DNA of 59,037 nt from Gemmatimonadota bacterium (GCA_040878815.1 JBBDLO010000036.1:1-59037); one strand, 5' to 3'; shown: positions 7,981-17,262, counted from the first letter of the stretch. The notes: generated by a model not told the origin, from the sequence alone. Numbers and translations are program-made.

Positions 7981-9345
7981 CTACTTGGATGTAGGGAGGG
8001 CACGCACGACATGTCGATACCCTTCGGATGCCACGATTCGAATCGGACTGCCATGCTCGATCCACTCGGATTCGCTTACCACGTCGACCCGTTCATCCGC
8101 AAACTGACCCGTGCCGGACGGCCGAAGGTCGGTGATTGCGACTCCCTCGGCCCCGAGGAGATCCGCCCGGCGTTCCTGAGAGACGAATCCCGTGTCCCGG
8201 CTCGTCTGCTGGCCGAGGAAGATACCCAGATTGGTCAGGCGGCGATTCTCGGGCAAGCGCTTCAGGAGAACCCAGGAGCTCAGCATCACCAGGGCAATGG
8301 CCCAGAGAAGGACGCCGCCGGCACGTGTGAAGTCACCCGTGGTGGGGAGCCCACCCAGGAGCGACATGAACACCCCCGTGAGCACGGCAAGTGTTCCCAA
8401 TGCCGCGAAAACGCCGACGCCTGGGATCAGGAAGGCCTCCACCAACAGCAGGACCACCCCGGCCGAAAAGATCAGGACCCCCTCGAATCCGGCGAGCCCG
8501 ACGATCAGGTGCGACCCGAAGAAGAGCGACAGGGCGAGGCCGCCTGCGACTCCCGCCACTCCGATTCCGGGCGTGCGAATCTCGATCAGGAGTCCCAGGA
8601 ATCCGAGCGAGAGCAAAAAGGGCGAGACGAGAGGGTTCGAGAGGAATCGGACGATTCGCTCGGCCCAGTTGACCTCCATATCCACAATGGCATTCCCCGT
8701 CGTCCCGATTTCCGCCATGAGGGCATCCCAGTCGGCGACCTCGACGGCGTACCCGAGACTCACGGCCTCTTCGGTGGTCAGCGTCAGCAGACTCCCGGCA
8801 TTGCTCACGCCCGTGACCTCGATTCCCTCGTCCACCATGGCCTCCGCCACTGCCGGATCGAGATTCCGTGCCTCGGCCAGAGAACGCATCGTGCTCCGCA
8901 TGGCCGAGACGATCTTCTCCGGAGCACGGGCACCGTCGGCCGTCACGGGCGTGACGGCCCCCATGTTCGAGCCCGGGCGCATGTAGATGCGGTGGGTCGC
9001 GAGCGAAATCATCGCCCCCGCCGAGAATGCGCGGCGATTGATGTAGGCGAAGACCGGCACTTGTGAGTCGTTCAGGGCGTCGGCGATCCGTTCCGCCGCA
9101 TCGACGCGTCCCCCCGGGGTGTCGATGTCCAAGACGACGGCCGAGGCACCGGCAGCGACCGCCTCACGCAACCCTCTTTCGATGAATGGCGCGAGACCCA
9201 GCTCAACCTCCCCCGTCACGGGCACGCGGTAGACGGGTCCCGAACGGGGGGCCTGCGGCTGGCCCTCGACTTCCCCAGGCGGATAGGCCAACAGCGAAAA
9301 GACGACCGCCAGGGTAGCCACGCTGAAACTCTTGGAGGAACGCAT
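7981..9345 (-). CDS. NfeD-family membrane-bound ClpP-class serine protease (YqeZ-like)
   Basis: Signal/TM N-terminus, a ClpP-like domain (VVLDIDTPGGRVDAAERI, NRRAFSAGAMISLA), a multi-TM middle region and a C-terminal NfeD OB-like domain (GVAITDLRPSGTGQF...VDVVSE). It lies directly upstream of floA, as in the yqeZ-floA operon. Confidence 0.85.
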   Translation of the reverse strand: MRSSKSFSVATLAVVFSLLAYPPGEVEGQPQAPRSGPVYRVPVTGEVELGLAPFIERGLREAVAAGASAVVLDIDTPGGRVDAAERIADALNDSQVPVFAYINRRAFSAGAMISLATHRIYMRPGSNMGAVTPVTADGARAPEKIVSAMRSTMRSLAEARNLDPAVAEAMVDEGIEVTGVSNAGSLLTLTTEEAVSLGYAVEVADWDALMAEIGTTGNAIVDMEVNWAERIVRFLSNPLVSPFLLSLGFLGLLIEIRTPGIGVAGVAGGLALSLFFGSHLIVGLAGFEGVLIFSAGVVLLLVEAFLIPGVGVFAALGTLAVLTGVFMSLLGGLPTTGDFTRAGGVLLWAIALVMLSSWVLLKRLPENRRLTNLGIFLGQQTSRDTGFVSQERRADLLGAEGVAITDLRPSGTGQFADERVDVVSESEWIEHGSPIRIVASEGYRHVVRALPTSK

Positions 9346-9431
9346 CGCTCCGTTCGCCTCGTATTAAACCGTGAAGGCCCGGTGGGAACCGATACCCACT
9401 CTCTAGTGACACTACCCCACTATACGATTCC

Positions 9432-9812
9432 GTGCCGAAAAACCTTCGACCCCAAAGCGGACAGGGGGTTCAGCCTAGCAGCCTTGACCTTCGGCGCGAC
9501 TGCCCGGTAGCTTGGCCGATGCATCGCAAACCTGAGGATCCCAGGGAAGGGCTTTCGCGCCTCTTCGGCGACGATGTCGCACGAGAGGATGTGCGCGTTT
9601 CCGCCTTGGGGGATACTCCTTTCGGAGTCGACCCATCATCCCGCGTTCGTGCGTCCGTCGTTCGCCTACGAAGGGTCCGCTCCCAGGTCGGCGCCGAGGG
9701 GCTGACTCCGGCTGCGACACGCACCCTCCTCGATGAGGTCATTCAGGCGCTCGAAGCGGTCGAGGAAGGGCTGGCGGCCGCTCACCGCCCTGTCCCCGGA
9801 GGAGACGAATGA
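9432..9812 (+). CDS. Hypothetical protein; the start is uncertain (GTG 9432 or an internal Met)
   Basis: The ORF's TGA overlaps the ATG of the chorismate mutase gene (ATGA at 9809-9812). No motif is recognisable. Confidence 0.3.
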   Translation: MPKNLRPQSGQGVQPSSLDLRRDCPVAWPMHRKPEDPREGLSRLFGDDVAREDVRVSALGDTPFGVDPSSRVRASVVRLRRVRSQVGAEGLTPAATRTLLDEVIQALEAVEEGLAAAHRPVPGGDE

Positions 9813-10132
9813 ACGCCGAGTCCGTTACTCCGGACCCCACTTCCGACCTCGATCCCGAAGAGGCCATGGCCGAACTGGAGCGCCTCCGGGACCGGATCCT
9901 GGCCGTCGATGCGGCCCTCATCCAGACCCTGGCCGAGCGCCAGGAGTTGGTCATGCAGATCGGCCGAGCCAAGGCGGCCCTCGGGCTTCCGGTCCTCGAT
10001 CCGAGCCGGGAAGCACAGGTGGTGAGACGGGTCGTGGCGCACGCGCGCACGGTCGGCCTCGAGGAAGAGACGATTCGGGACGTCATGTGGCGAATCATCG
10101 CCTCCGCACGAAACGCACAGGGCGAACGCTAG
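9809..10132 (+). CDS. Chorismate mutase, AroQ class, monofunctional
   Basis: The sequence LERLRDRILAVDAALIQTLAERQELVMQIGRAKAALGLPVLDPSREAQVVRRV is a typical CM_2 helical domain. Confidence 0.8.
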   Translation: MNAESVTPDPTSDLDPEEAMAELERLRDRILAVDAALIQTLAERQELVMQIGRAKAALGLPVLDPSREAQVVRRVVAHARTVGLEEETIRDVMWRIIASARNAQGER

Positions 10133-10195
10133 AAGCCTGTCGGACAGGTGGGGGCCGCGAGAGTCGAGAGTCCCCGTCTCCCCCCGGATCAGCCC

Positions 10196-11239
10196 CTACT
10201 GGTCCCCGATGGGACGGCCTACGCCGGCGAGTGACGCTACCAATCGGTGGGAGTCTCCCAGCGGCACCCGCACCAGATAGGCCTCCCCCGGAGGAGTCGT
10301 TCCCCGCACGAGGTGCGGGTTCAACTCCCGAATCAGCGTCGGCTCGGCATCCAAGGCCTGCGCTACGCGGGTGAGTGGCGTTCCGCCGGGAACCAGAACC
10401 CGATCGAACAGATACGGGAGGGACTTCTCGACGTCGAATCCGAAGTGCTCGGCCTCCTGGGCAAGCAGGGTGGCCGCCAGGATCTTCGGGACGTACTCCC
10501 GAGTCTCGCGTGGAAGGTGCGCACTGATCCGCCAATAGAGATCCTCGTCTTCCGCCTCCGCGAGCGAGAGTCGCTCGCGCTGAAGGGCGCGCGTTACCGC
10601 GGCGGGACCGGCATTGTAGGCCGCGGCCGCCAGATACCAGGAACCGAACATGCCGTGAAGCTCCTCGAGATAATCGAGAGCGGCGTCGGTGGCCCGAACC
10701 GGGTCCCGTCGTTCGTCCACCCAGTAATCCACGGTAAGGCCGAAGGCGCGCGCCGTGGCGCCCATGAACTGCCACACCCCCGTGGCCGACACTCGCGACG
10801 TGGCCGAAGTCAGGAATCCTGACTCAATCATCGCGAGATAGAGGAGTTCCTCGGGCATCCCGCGCTCATGCAAACGATCACGGATGAGGCCCCCGTATAG
10901 CCCTTCTCGGACGAGATAGCCCTCGAACGACGGTCGCTCCGCGCCGAGAAACCGGTGAACCCAGCGCTCCACCTCTTCGTTCACGGCCATGGGGAGCCGC
11001 GTCTCGAGGAGGGCCGCGGTGGCCTGCGGAACCTCGGGAAATGTCTCTTCGTCTGCGGAAAAGGGCCGATTGGACAAGGAGGCGAGCGTGATGAGGGAGG
11101 CCGCCATGACCGCCATCACCGAAAAGGCCCACTTGACCGGTGCCGGAAAGTTCGAAATCCGATCCCGATCGGTTGTGCCCGAGTGTGACGGAGAGGTACT
11201 TCGATCGCGATTCCCTTCGTCCATCATCGCCATGCGCAA
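10196..11239 (-). CDS. MltD-like lytic transglycosylase with a C-terminal LysM domain
   Basis: SLT catalytic region (EELLYLAMIESGFLTSATSRVSATGVWQFMGATAR), an N-terminal TM anchor, and a C-terminal LysM-like segment (GTPLTRVAQALDAEPTLIRELNPHL). Confidence 0.8.
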   Translation of the reverse strand: MRMAMMDEGNRDRSTSPSHSGTTDRDRISNFPAPVKWAFSVMAVMAASLITLASLSNRPFSADEETFPEVPQATAALLETRLPMAVNEEVERWVHRFLGAERPSFEGYLVREGLYGGLIRDRLHERGMPEELLYLAMIESGFLTSATSRVSATGVWQFMGATARAFGLTVDYWVDERRDPVRATDAALDYLEELHGMFGSWYLAAAAYNAGPAAVTRALQRERLSLAEAEDEDLYWRISAHLPRETREYVPKILAATLLAQEAEHFGFDVEKSLPYLFDRVLVPGGTPLTRVAQALDAEPTLIRELNPHLVRGTTPPGEAYLVRVPLGDSHRLVASLAGVGRPIGDQ

Positions 11240-11295
11240 ACCTCCGTCGCAGGTGGACAGAACAGGGCTACTACGCCGAAGACCACGGGAAGGAT

Positions 11296-11321
11296 CCCCT
11301 TGCCCCCGAAGGGGTTAGGGG
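11296..11321 (-). terminator. Stem-loop downstream of rpmA with a UUCG tetraloop on the transcribed strand (CCCCU-AA-CCCC-UUCG-GGGG-CA-AGGGG)
   Basis: Inverted repeat read directly from the sequence, about 20 nt after the rpmA stop. No downstream U-tract, which is common in GC-rich genomes. Confidence 0.35.
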
Positions 11322-11342
11322 AAACAAATGAAGTTGAGAAAA

Positions 11343-11597
11343 TCAGTCGGTCGGATAGACGGATACGGCGGGCCGGCGGCGGATCGTCTCGAACTTCACG
11401 ACCCCATCGACCACGGAGAAGAGCGTATCGTCGGTGGCGCGACGAACATTTCGCCCCGGATGGAAGCGCGTGCCTCGCTGCCGCACGAGAATCCCACCGG
11501 CTCGAACGGATTCGCCGCCGAACCGCTTGACGCCCAGGTACTGCGGATTGCTGTCGCGCCCGTTCCGGCTGGAGCCGACGCCTTTCTTATGTGCCAT
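11343..11597 (-). CDS. rpmA: 50S ribosomal protein L27
   Basis: The sequence [44 protein letters not shown] is canonical L27. Confidence 0.95.
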   Translation of the reverse strand: MAHKKGVGSSRNGRDSNPQYLGVKRFGGESVRAGGILVRQRGTRFHPGRNVRRATDDTLFSVVDGVVKFETIRRRPAVSVYPTD

Positions 11598-11643
11598 GGG
11601 AACCCTCCCCTGGTAACCCTGCGTTTGTCTCTAGACGGCCGAC

Positions 11644-11958
11644 TCAGGCAACGATCTCTTCGACCCGGATTTCGGTGTATCCCTGCCGGTGGCCCTGCTT
11701 CTTGCGGTAGCCCTTCCTGCGCTTCCGCTTGAATACGATCACCTTGCGGTCGCGCCCGTGTCCGACCACTTCCGCCCGGACCTTAGCCCCATCGACTGTG
11801 GGTGCACCGATCTGCACGGCCTCTCCGTCGGAAAGAAGGAGGACGTCGTCGAAGGTGACCGTCTCCCCCGCCTCTGCATCGAGGGTTGGGACTCGGAGTC
11901 GCTCACCGGCTCCGGCGCGAAACTGTTTGCCACCCGTACGAAAGACCGCGTGCATCAT
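11644..11958 (-). CDS. rplU: 50S ribosomal protein L21
   Basis: The sequence HAVFRTGGKQFRAGAGERLRV...VIVFKRKRRKGYRKKQGHRQGYTEIRVEEI is canonical L21. It lies upstream of rpmA. Confidence 0.95.
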   Translation of the reverse strand: MMHAVFRTGGKQFRAGAGERLRVPTLDAEAGETVTFDDVLLLSDGEAVQIGAPTVDGAKVRAEVVGHGRDRKVIVFKRKRRKGYRKKQGHRQGYTEIRVEEIVA

Positions 11959-12019
11959 CGTCCTCGATCCTGTGCTGGCCTGGTGTTCAGAAATACGTCA
12001 GCCTGGAAATTTCATGCGA

Positions 12020-12049
12020 GGCGCCCCTCAAGTCAACCGAGGGCGCCCT
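12020..12049 (-). terminator. GC-rich hairpin immediately after the rng stop, in the rplU leader
   Basis: On the transcribed strand the arms are GGCGCCCTC and GAGGGGCGCC (one bulge) around a 9-nt loop. It could be a terminator, an attenuator or a processing site. Confidence 0.3.
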
Positions 12050-12050
12050 G

Positions 12051-13625
12051 TCACCCCGGCTGGCGTGTGAGGTACTTTTCCGTCACATCGGTCTCCGCCG
12101 GCCCCGCCAGGAGCCGGAACTCGTCTTCGCGGAGGAGCGGATCGTCTCGCAGGTCGAGAGAAATCTGCATTCGCTGCGCGAGTCTGCGCACGAAATCCGG
12201 CTCTTCCTCCATGACATGAAGGGCCACATCGGGATGTACCCGGATGAGGATGGAGCGCTCCTTTCCTCCGGCTGCGGCCCGCTTCAGACTCCGTTCCACA
12301 CGCCGGATCACGGTGGGGGGGGTGAACACGCGTCCGGCCCCGCCACAGTGCTCGCAGACCCGCGTCAGGGTCTGAAAGAGGGAGGGCCGAACCCGCTGTC
12401 GCGTCATCTCGATGAGGCCGAGTTCGGAGACGGCGAAGGCTTTCGTCCGCGCACGATCCCGGCCGAGTTGCGTTCGCAATTCGTGGAGGACCCGGTCGCG
12501 ATTCTCCTGCGATACCATGTCGATGAAGTCGACGACGACGATCCCTCCGATGTCTCGGAGTCGGAGCTGCCTCGCGATCTCCCGGGCCGCGTCGAGATTC
12601 GTCCGAAGAATGGTCTCCTCCGGATCCTTGCGACCCTTCCCCGTGAACTTCCCGGTGTTCACGTCGATCGAGACGAGGGCCTCGGTCGGCTCCACGATGA
12701 TGTACCCACCCGAGTCGAGAACGACCTTGCGTTGGAATGCCTCTCCGATCTCCGCCTCGATGTCGTACCGATCAAAGAGGGGCACCGAATCCTGGTAGAG
12801 CTGCAGTCTGCTCATCAGCTCCGGATCCACGCTCCGGACGTACTGGACGATCTCGTTGTAGACATCCTTGTTGTCTACGATGAGCTTGTCGAGCTTGTCC
12901 GAAAAAAGGTCGCGGATGACCCCGGAAATGAGCTTCGCTTCGCTGTGCACGCGGGCGGGCGCCCGCATGGAGTCGGCTCGGCGCTTGATCTTCTGCCAGA
13001 GGGCGTGAAGCCGCTGGAACTCGCCCTCGAACTTGGCGCGGTTCAGCTCTTCTCCCACGGTTCGGATGATCAGCCCTCCCGAATCCGCCGGTCTGATCTC
13101 CCGAGCGAGTTGCCGTAGGCGAGCACGCTCCTCCCGCTGATCGATCTTCCGGCTCACGCCGACATGCGCCGAGAAGGGCATGTATACGAGGAATCGACCG
13201 GGAAGCGAGACCTGTGCCGTCAGGCGGGGTCCCTTGGTACTGATCGGTTCCTTGGTTACCTGGACGAGAAGGGTATCCCCCTTCTTCAGTTGCTCCTGGA
13301 TGGGTGGCAGCTTGGCAGAACGACGCCGACGCCCGTTTCCGGACTTCCCTCGACCGTTCCCGCCGTCCTCCTCGTCGTCGTCTTCTTCCTCGTCGTCGTC
13401 GGATACGAGGTCCGAGACGTGCAGAAACCCGGCCTTGTCCGTGCCGATATTCACGAATGCGGCCTGAATCCCCGGCAGAACGGCCTCGACCGTCCCGTTG
13501 TAGATATCGCCGACCAAACGGTCCTGATCCGGCCGATCGAGCATGAGCTCCACCAACCGGTCGTCCTCCATCAGCGCGACCCACGACTCCTGCGGCGTCG
13601 CGCTGATCAGAATTTCTCGTTTCAA
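12051..13625 (-). CDS. rng: Ribonuclease G/E family endoribonuclease
   Basis: N-terminal S1 domain (VGDIYNGTVEAVLPGIQAAFVNIG), the RNase E/G catalytic core (GGLIIRT, GGYIIVEPTEALVSIDVNTGKF, GGIVVVDFIDM) and a Zn-link-like CEHCGGAGRV. I place the start at in-frame TTG 13625 (LKREILISATPQE...), which is a typical family N-terminus. The upstream 80 codons look non-coding. Confidence 0.85.
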   Translation of the reverse strand: MKREILISATPQESWVALMEDDRLVELMLDRPDQDRLVGDIYNGTVEAVLPGIQAAFVNIGTDKAGFLHVSDLVSDDDEEEDDDEEDGGNGRGKSGNGRRRRSAKLPPIQEQLKKGDTLLVQVTKEPISTKGPRLTAQVSLPGRFLVYMPFSAHVGVSRKIDQREERARLRQLAREIRPADSGGLIIRTVGEELNRAKFEGEFQRLHALWQKIKRRADSMRAPARVHSEAKLISGVIRDLFSDKLDKLIVDNKDVYNEIVQYVRSVDPELMSRLQLYQDSVPLFDRYDIEAEIGEAFQRKVVLDSGGYIIVEPTEALVSIDVNTGKFTGKGRKDPEETILRTNLDAAREIARQLRLRDIGGIVVVDFIDMVSQENRDRVLHELRTQLGRDRARTKAFAVSELGLIEMTRQRVRPSLFQTLTRVCEHCGGAGRVFTPPTVIRRVERSLKRAAAGGKERSILIRVHPDVALHVMEEEPDFVRRLAQRMQISLDLRDDPLLREDEFRLLAGPAETDVTEKYLTRQPG

Positions 13626-14038
13626 GTAGCTTGCGCTCCCCGGACTCCCGGGGGATGGAAATCGCTCTCGTGCCGCTCCGCCCGCAACGCCACTCCCCTG
13701 CTCCGACGAATGGGTCGGAGGCACCGGAGCAGACCGTGTCGGGGGCCCGGTCGAGGAGCCGCCCATGCCCACCTTGGTCCGAATCGCTTCCCTGGATCCC
13801 TGAGGGAGGGAAGGTTGATGACACCTGGATTCAGCCGCCCACCTCTCGAGAGGGGCAAGCGACATACGAAGAAACCCTCATTCCTGCCTGATTCTGCTCG
13901 AATTGAATACGTGCGCACCTGCTACCCCGGACCCTGGTCTCCGGCTCCCTTCCACGAATGACCCAGGATGCCGTCACCCCAGGCCATACGCATTCCCCGC
14001 AGAATGGGTTGCACGGAAGTGTGTGGGAGTCCTCCCCC

Positions 14039-15436
14039 CTACGCCAGCCCCGACCCGTTCGTGGGGATGCGGGCCACGAGTTCCTGCAGAGGCATACACC
14101 GGTCACAGCTTCCACAGACTCGATCCTTCACGCACTCACCGAACCAACTTAGGAGCTCGCGCCTCCGACACCCTCGAGTGCGCGCGTACCTCGCGACCCC
14201 GAGCAGCTTCCTCTTCCCTACCCTGCGCCGCTCGACTCGCTCTCTCCATTCGTCCACGGACCCGAGACCACGAAAAGCTTGAATCCGTCGAAGCGGAGGG
14301 TGTGCCCGATCGAGGAACGACCGGTGGACCCGGGCGTCTCCGGCCGTATGGAGGGCCAGACAGAGCGCCGGGAGCCCGTCTCGTCCTGCTCGACCCGACT
14401 CCTGGTAGTAATCCTCCAGCGACCCGGGAAGCTGGTCATGCACGACGATCCGCACATCGGAACGGTCGATGCCCATCCCAAAGGCGTTCGTGGCGACCAC
14501 CAGGGGTCGCGGATGCCTCAAGAAGTAGCGTTGGACGCGGTCCCTCTCGTCGGGCGGCAGTCCGGCATGATACGCCTCGGCCCGGATTCCGTGCCGTGCG
14601 AGGCCGGCCCGAAGGCTCTCCACCCGGCCGCGTGTGGACGCGTACACGAGTCGAGCTCCCGGCATAGTTGCCACCGCCTCACGGATCAGGACGCCGTTCC
14701 CTCGGCCCCGCGAAACCATCGATTCTCCAACCTTTCGAACGGACCAGAGGAGGTTCGGTCGATCGAAGCTCCCCAGGATCCGGACGGGATTCCGCATGCG
14801 GAGCGATGCCTCGATGTCTTCCCGAACCCGGGGGGTCGCCGTCGCCGTCAGCGCGAGAACGGGAACCCTCAAGGACTCGCGAAGGGCCCCGATCGTCCGA
14901 TAGGCCGGCCGAAAGTCGTGTCCCCACATGGAGATACAGTGTGCCTCGTCCACCGCCAGGAGCGACGCTCCGAGCCGCGGGATCAGCCGAGCAAATCGCC
15001 CGCTCGCCAATCGCTCTGGAGCCAGGAGGAGCACGCGTACCCGACCTCCCTCGAGCTCCGACTCGATGCGTCTCCGCTCATCGAACGGAAGGCCGGCGTG
15101 CAGCGCCTCGGCGCGCAATCCAACCTCGATGGCACGCCGAAGCTGGTCGACCATCAGCGACACGAGGGGACTGACCACGATGGTGAGCCCCGGAAGCAGA
15201 AGCGCCGGAATCTGGTAGCAGACGCTCTTCCCGCCGCCGGTGGGCAAGACTCCCAGTGCATCGCGGCCCGCGAGGACGGCATCCACCAGCTCTCGCTGTC
15301 CGGGTCGGAAGCCGGGGTAACCGAAACGGGTTCGGAGGATGGCATCGGGATCACGGGCTATTCTGCGTCCCTCGCCGTCGAACCGACTCCCGATCCGACC
15401 GGTCCCGTCGGAGCGATCCATGCGATCCATGGCCAT
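14039..15436 (-). CDS. recQ: RecQ-family ATP-dependent DNA helicase (short form, no HRDC visible)
   Basis: Motifs FGYPGFRPGQRELVDAVLAGRD, LPTGGGKSVCYQIPAL, DEAHCISMWGHDFRPAY, LTATAT, ATNAFGMGIDRSDVR, QESGRAGRDG and a C-terminal Cys cluster CRRRELLSWFGE...CGSCDRC. The start was re-called to MAMDRMD so that it does not overlap cimA. Confidence 0.8.
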   Translation of the reverse strand: MAMDRMDRSDGTGRIGSRFDGEGRRIARDPDAILRTRFGYPGFRPGQRELVDAVLAGRDALGVLPTGGGKSVCYQIPALLLPGLTIVVSPLVSLMVDQLRRAIEVGLRAEALHAGLPFDERRRIESELEGGRVRVLLLAPERLASGRFARLIPRLGASLLAVDEAHCISMWGHDFRPAYRTIGALRESLRVPVLALTATATPRVREDIEASLRMRNPVRILGSFDRPNLLWSVRKVGESMVSRGRGNGVLIREAVATMPGARLVYASTRGRVESLRAGLARHGIRAEAYHAGLPPDERDRVQRYFLRHPRPLVVATNAFGMGIDRSDVRIVVHDQLPGSLEDYYQESGRAGRDGLPALCLALHTAGDARVHRSFLDRAHPPLRRIQAFRGLGSVDEWRERVERRRVGKRKLLGVARYARTRGCRRRELLSWFGECVKDRVCGSCDRCMPLQELVARIPTNGSGLA

Positions 15437-15579
15437 AAGGCTCGACCCAGCGGACGGGCAGACCCATGGCGGCTCGGGCCAGATCCGCACAAGAGGCATC
15501 TCACAGCCCTTCCCCCCCGAGCGCCCGCAGGTGAAGTTGCCCTGTACACTTTCGACCCCCAGGTACGGGATTCCAGGGT

Positions 15580-17160
15580 ATGGACAAGATCGAGATCTAC
15601 GACACGACGCTGCGGGACGGAGCACAGACCGAAGGCATCTCGCTCTCCTGCGAGGACAAGATCCGCATCGCTCAGCGACTCGACGAGTTCGGGATCGACC
15701 TGATCGAGGGCGGATGGCCTGGTTCCAATCCCAAGGATGCCGAGTTCTTCGAGCGAGCCCGGGACCTGCCGTGGTCCCATTCGAGCATTGCGGCCTTCGG
15801 ATCCACCCGCCGCCGGGGAATCGCGCCGGAAGACGACGCCAACCTACGGGCCCTCGTAGAGGCCCGAACTCCGGTCTGCACCTTGGTGGGAAAGAGCTGG
15901 ACCCTCCACGTCGAAGAGGTCCTGCAAGTCGATCGCGACGAAAATCTCGCGATGATCGAAGAGAGCGTCGCCTTTCTCGCGGCGGAGGGCCGGCGGGTCA
16001 TCTACGACGCCGAGCACTTCTTCGACGGGTTTCGGGAGGATGCCGACTATGCGATCGAGACGCTACGGGCCGCACACCGAGGCGGCGCCGATACCCTGGT
16101 CCTCTGTGACACGAATGGAGGATCCCTCCCCTGGGATATCGAGCGGGTCGTCGGCTCGGTGAAGGACCAGATCGGGATCGCCCTGGGGATCCACTGCCAC
16201 AACGACTGCGAGATGGCCGTGGCAAACTCCCTCGCGGCCGTCCGTGGGGGGGCCGGGCACATTCAGGGAACAATCAACGGGTACGGGGAGCGTTGCGGAA
16301 ACGCGAATCTCTGCTCGATCATCCCGGACCTCGAACTCAAGATGGAGAAGCGCGCCATCCCCGAAGGGCACCTCGGTCAATTGCACGACCTGGCCCATTT
16401 TGTTGCGGACATCGCCAATGTGGCCTCCGACCCCCGGCTCGCCTATGTGGGCCGCAGCGCGTTCGCACACAAGGGCGGCATCCACGTGGCCGCCATGCGT
16501 AGGAACGAACGTGCGTACCAACACATCGATCCCGTCCTGGTCGGCAATCGGATGCGCGTGGTCGTGAGCGAACTGAGTGGCCGTGGAAATCTCCTCAGCA
16601 AGGCCGAGGAATTGGCAGTCGACGTTTCCGAGGCCGGGGACGTAGGAGCGGTCCTCGACGAGATCAAGCTCCTCGAGGCCCGGGGATTCTCCTTCGAGGC
16701 GGCGGATGCCTCCGTCGCGCTCATGATCCGACGAAGCCGGCCGGACTACCAGCCACCCTTTCGACTCATCGACTACACCGTAGTGGTCGAGCATCGGGAC
16801 GGTCGAGGCACGTTCGCCGAGGCCACGGTCAAGGTCGAAATCGATGGAGAGCGATATCACACGGCGGCCGAGGGGAGTGGGCCCGTTCACGCCCTGGATG
16901 GTGCCCTTCGCAAGGCGCTCGTGCCGACCTTCGAGAAGGCTGCCGCCTTTCAGCTCGTCGACTACAAGGTTCGCATTCTGGATGGAGAGCACGCGACCGG
17001 TGCCATCACCCGGGTGCTGATCGAAACGCGCGACGGCGAAAGGAACTGGATCACCGTAGGCGCCTCGTCGAACATCATCGAAGCCTCGTGGCGCGCCCTG
17101 GCCGAAAGCTTCGAGTACGGACTCTACCTGGAGACGGCAGGGGTCGAACCCTCTGCATGA
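15580..17160 (+). CDS. cimA: (R)-citramalate synthase (2-isopropylmalate synthase family)
   Basis: The N-terminus MDKIEIYDTTLRDGAQTEGISLSCEDKIRIAQRLDEFGIDLIEGGWPGSNPKD...AAFGSTRR matches the CimA-type subfamily as I remember it. A LeuA-dimer-like regulatory C-terminal domain is present. Confidence 0.85.
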   Translation: MDKIEIYDTTLRDGAQTEGISLSCEDKIRIAQRLDEFGIDLIEGGWPGSNPKDAEFFERARDLPWSHSSIAAFGSTRRRGIAPEDDANLRALVEARTPVCTLVGKSWTLHVEEVLQVDRDENLAMIEESVAFLAAEGRRVIYDAEHFFDGFREDADYAIETLRAAHRGGADTLVLCDTNGGSLPWDIERVVGSVKDQIGIALGIHCHNDCEMAVANSLAAVRGGAGHIQGTINGYGERCGNANLCSIIPDLELKMEKRAIPEGHLGQLHDLAHFVADIANVASDPRLAYVGRSAFAHKGGIHVAAMRRNERAYQHIDPVLVGNRMRVVVSELSGRGNLLSKAEELAVDVSEAGDVGAVLDEIKLLEARGFSFEAADASVALMIRRSRPDYQPPFRLIDYTVVVEHRDGRGTFAEATVKVEIDGERYHTAAEGSGPVHALDGALRKALVPTFEKAAAFQLVDYKVRILDGEHATGAITRVLIETRDGERNWITVGASSNIIEASWRALAESFEYGLYLETAGVEPSA

Positions 17161-17262
17161 TCCCCTCCGCTCCTGTTCCCGGTCGGAGAAGAGGGATACG
17201 TTGCACCCATCGGAGGCGCCCGGACGAGTCGGGACCGCTGCCATGAACGAACTCCCTGTGAG

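Noticed and set aside
13626-14038. SRP RNA, RNase P RNA, tmRNA, 6S RNA or riboswitch motifs in the larger intergenic gaps (9346-9431, 13626-14038, 28855-29007, 41497-41616, 50944-51138).
   Set aside because: None of the conserved cores I can recall (for example GAGGAAAGTCCGGGC of RNase P, or the SRP domain IV GGAA/AGCA loops) is present. Detection by eye is weak, so a covariance-model scan is still advisable.
17160-17197. Hairpins after cimA (ATCCC-CTCCG...CGGAG-AAGA-GGGAT) and between aroQ and mltD (CCTGT-CGG-ACAGG at 10136-10148) as terminators.
   Set aside because: The stems are short or interrupted and have no U-tract. That is too weak to list as features.
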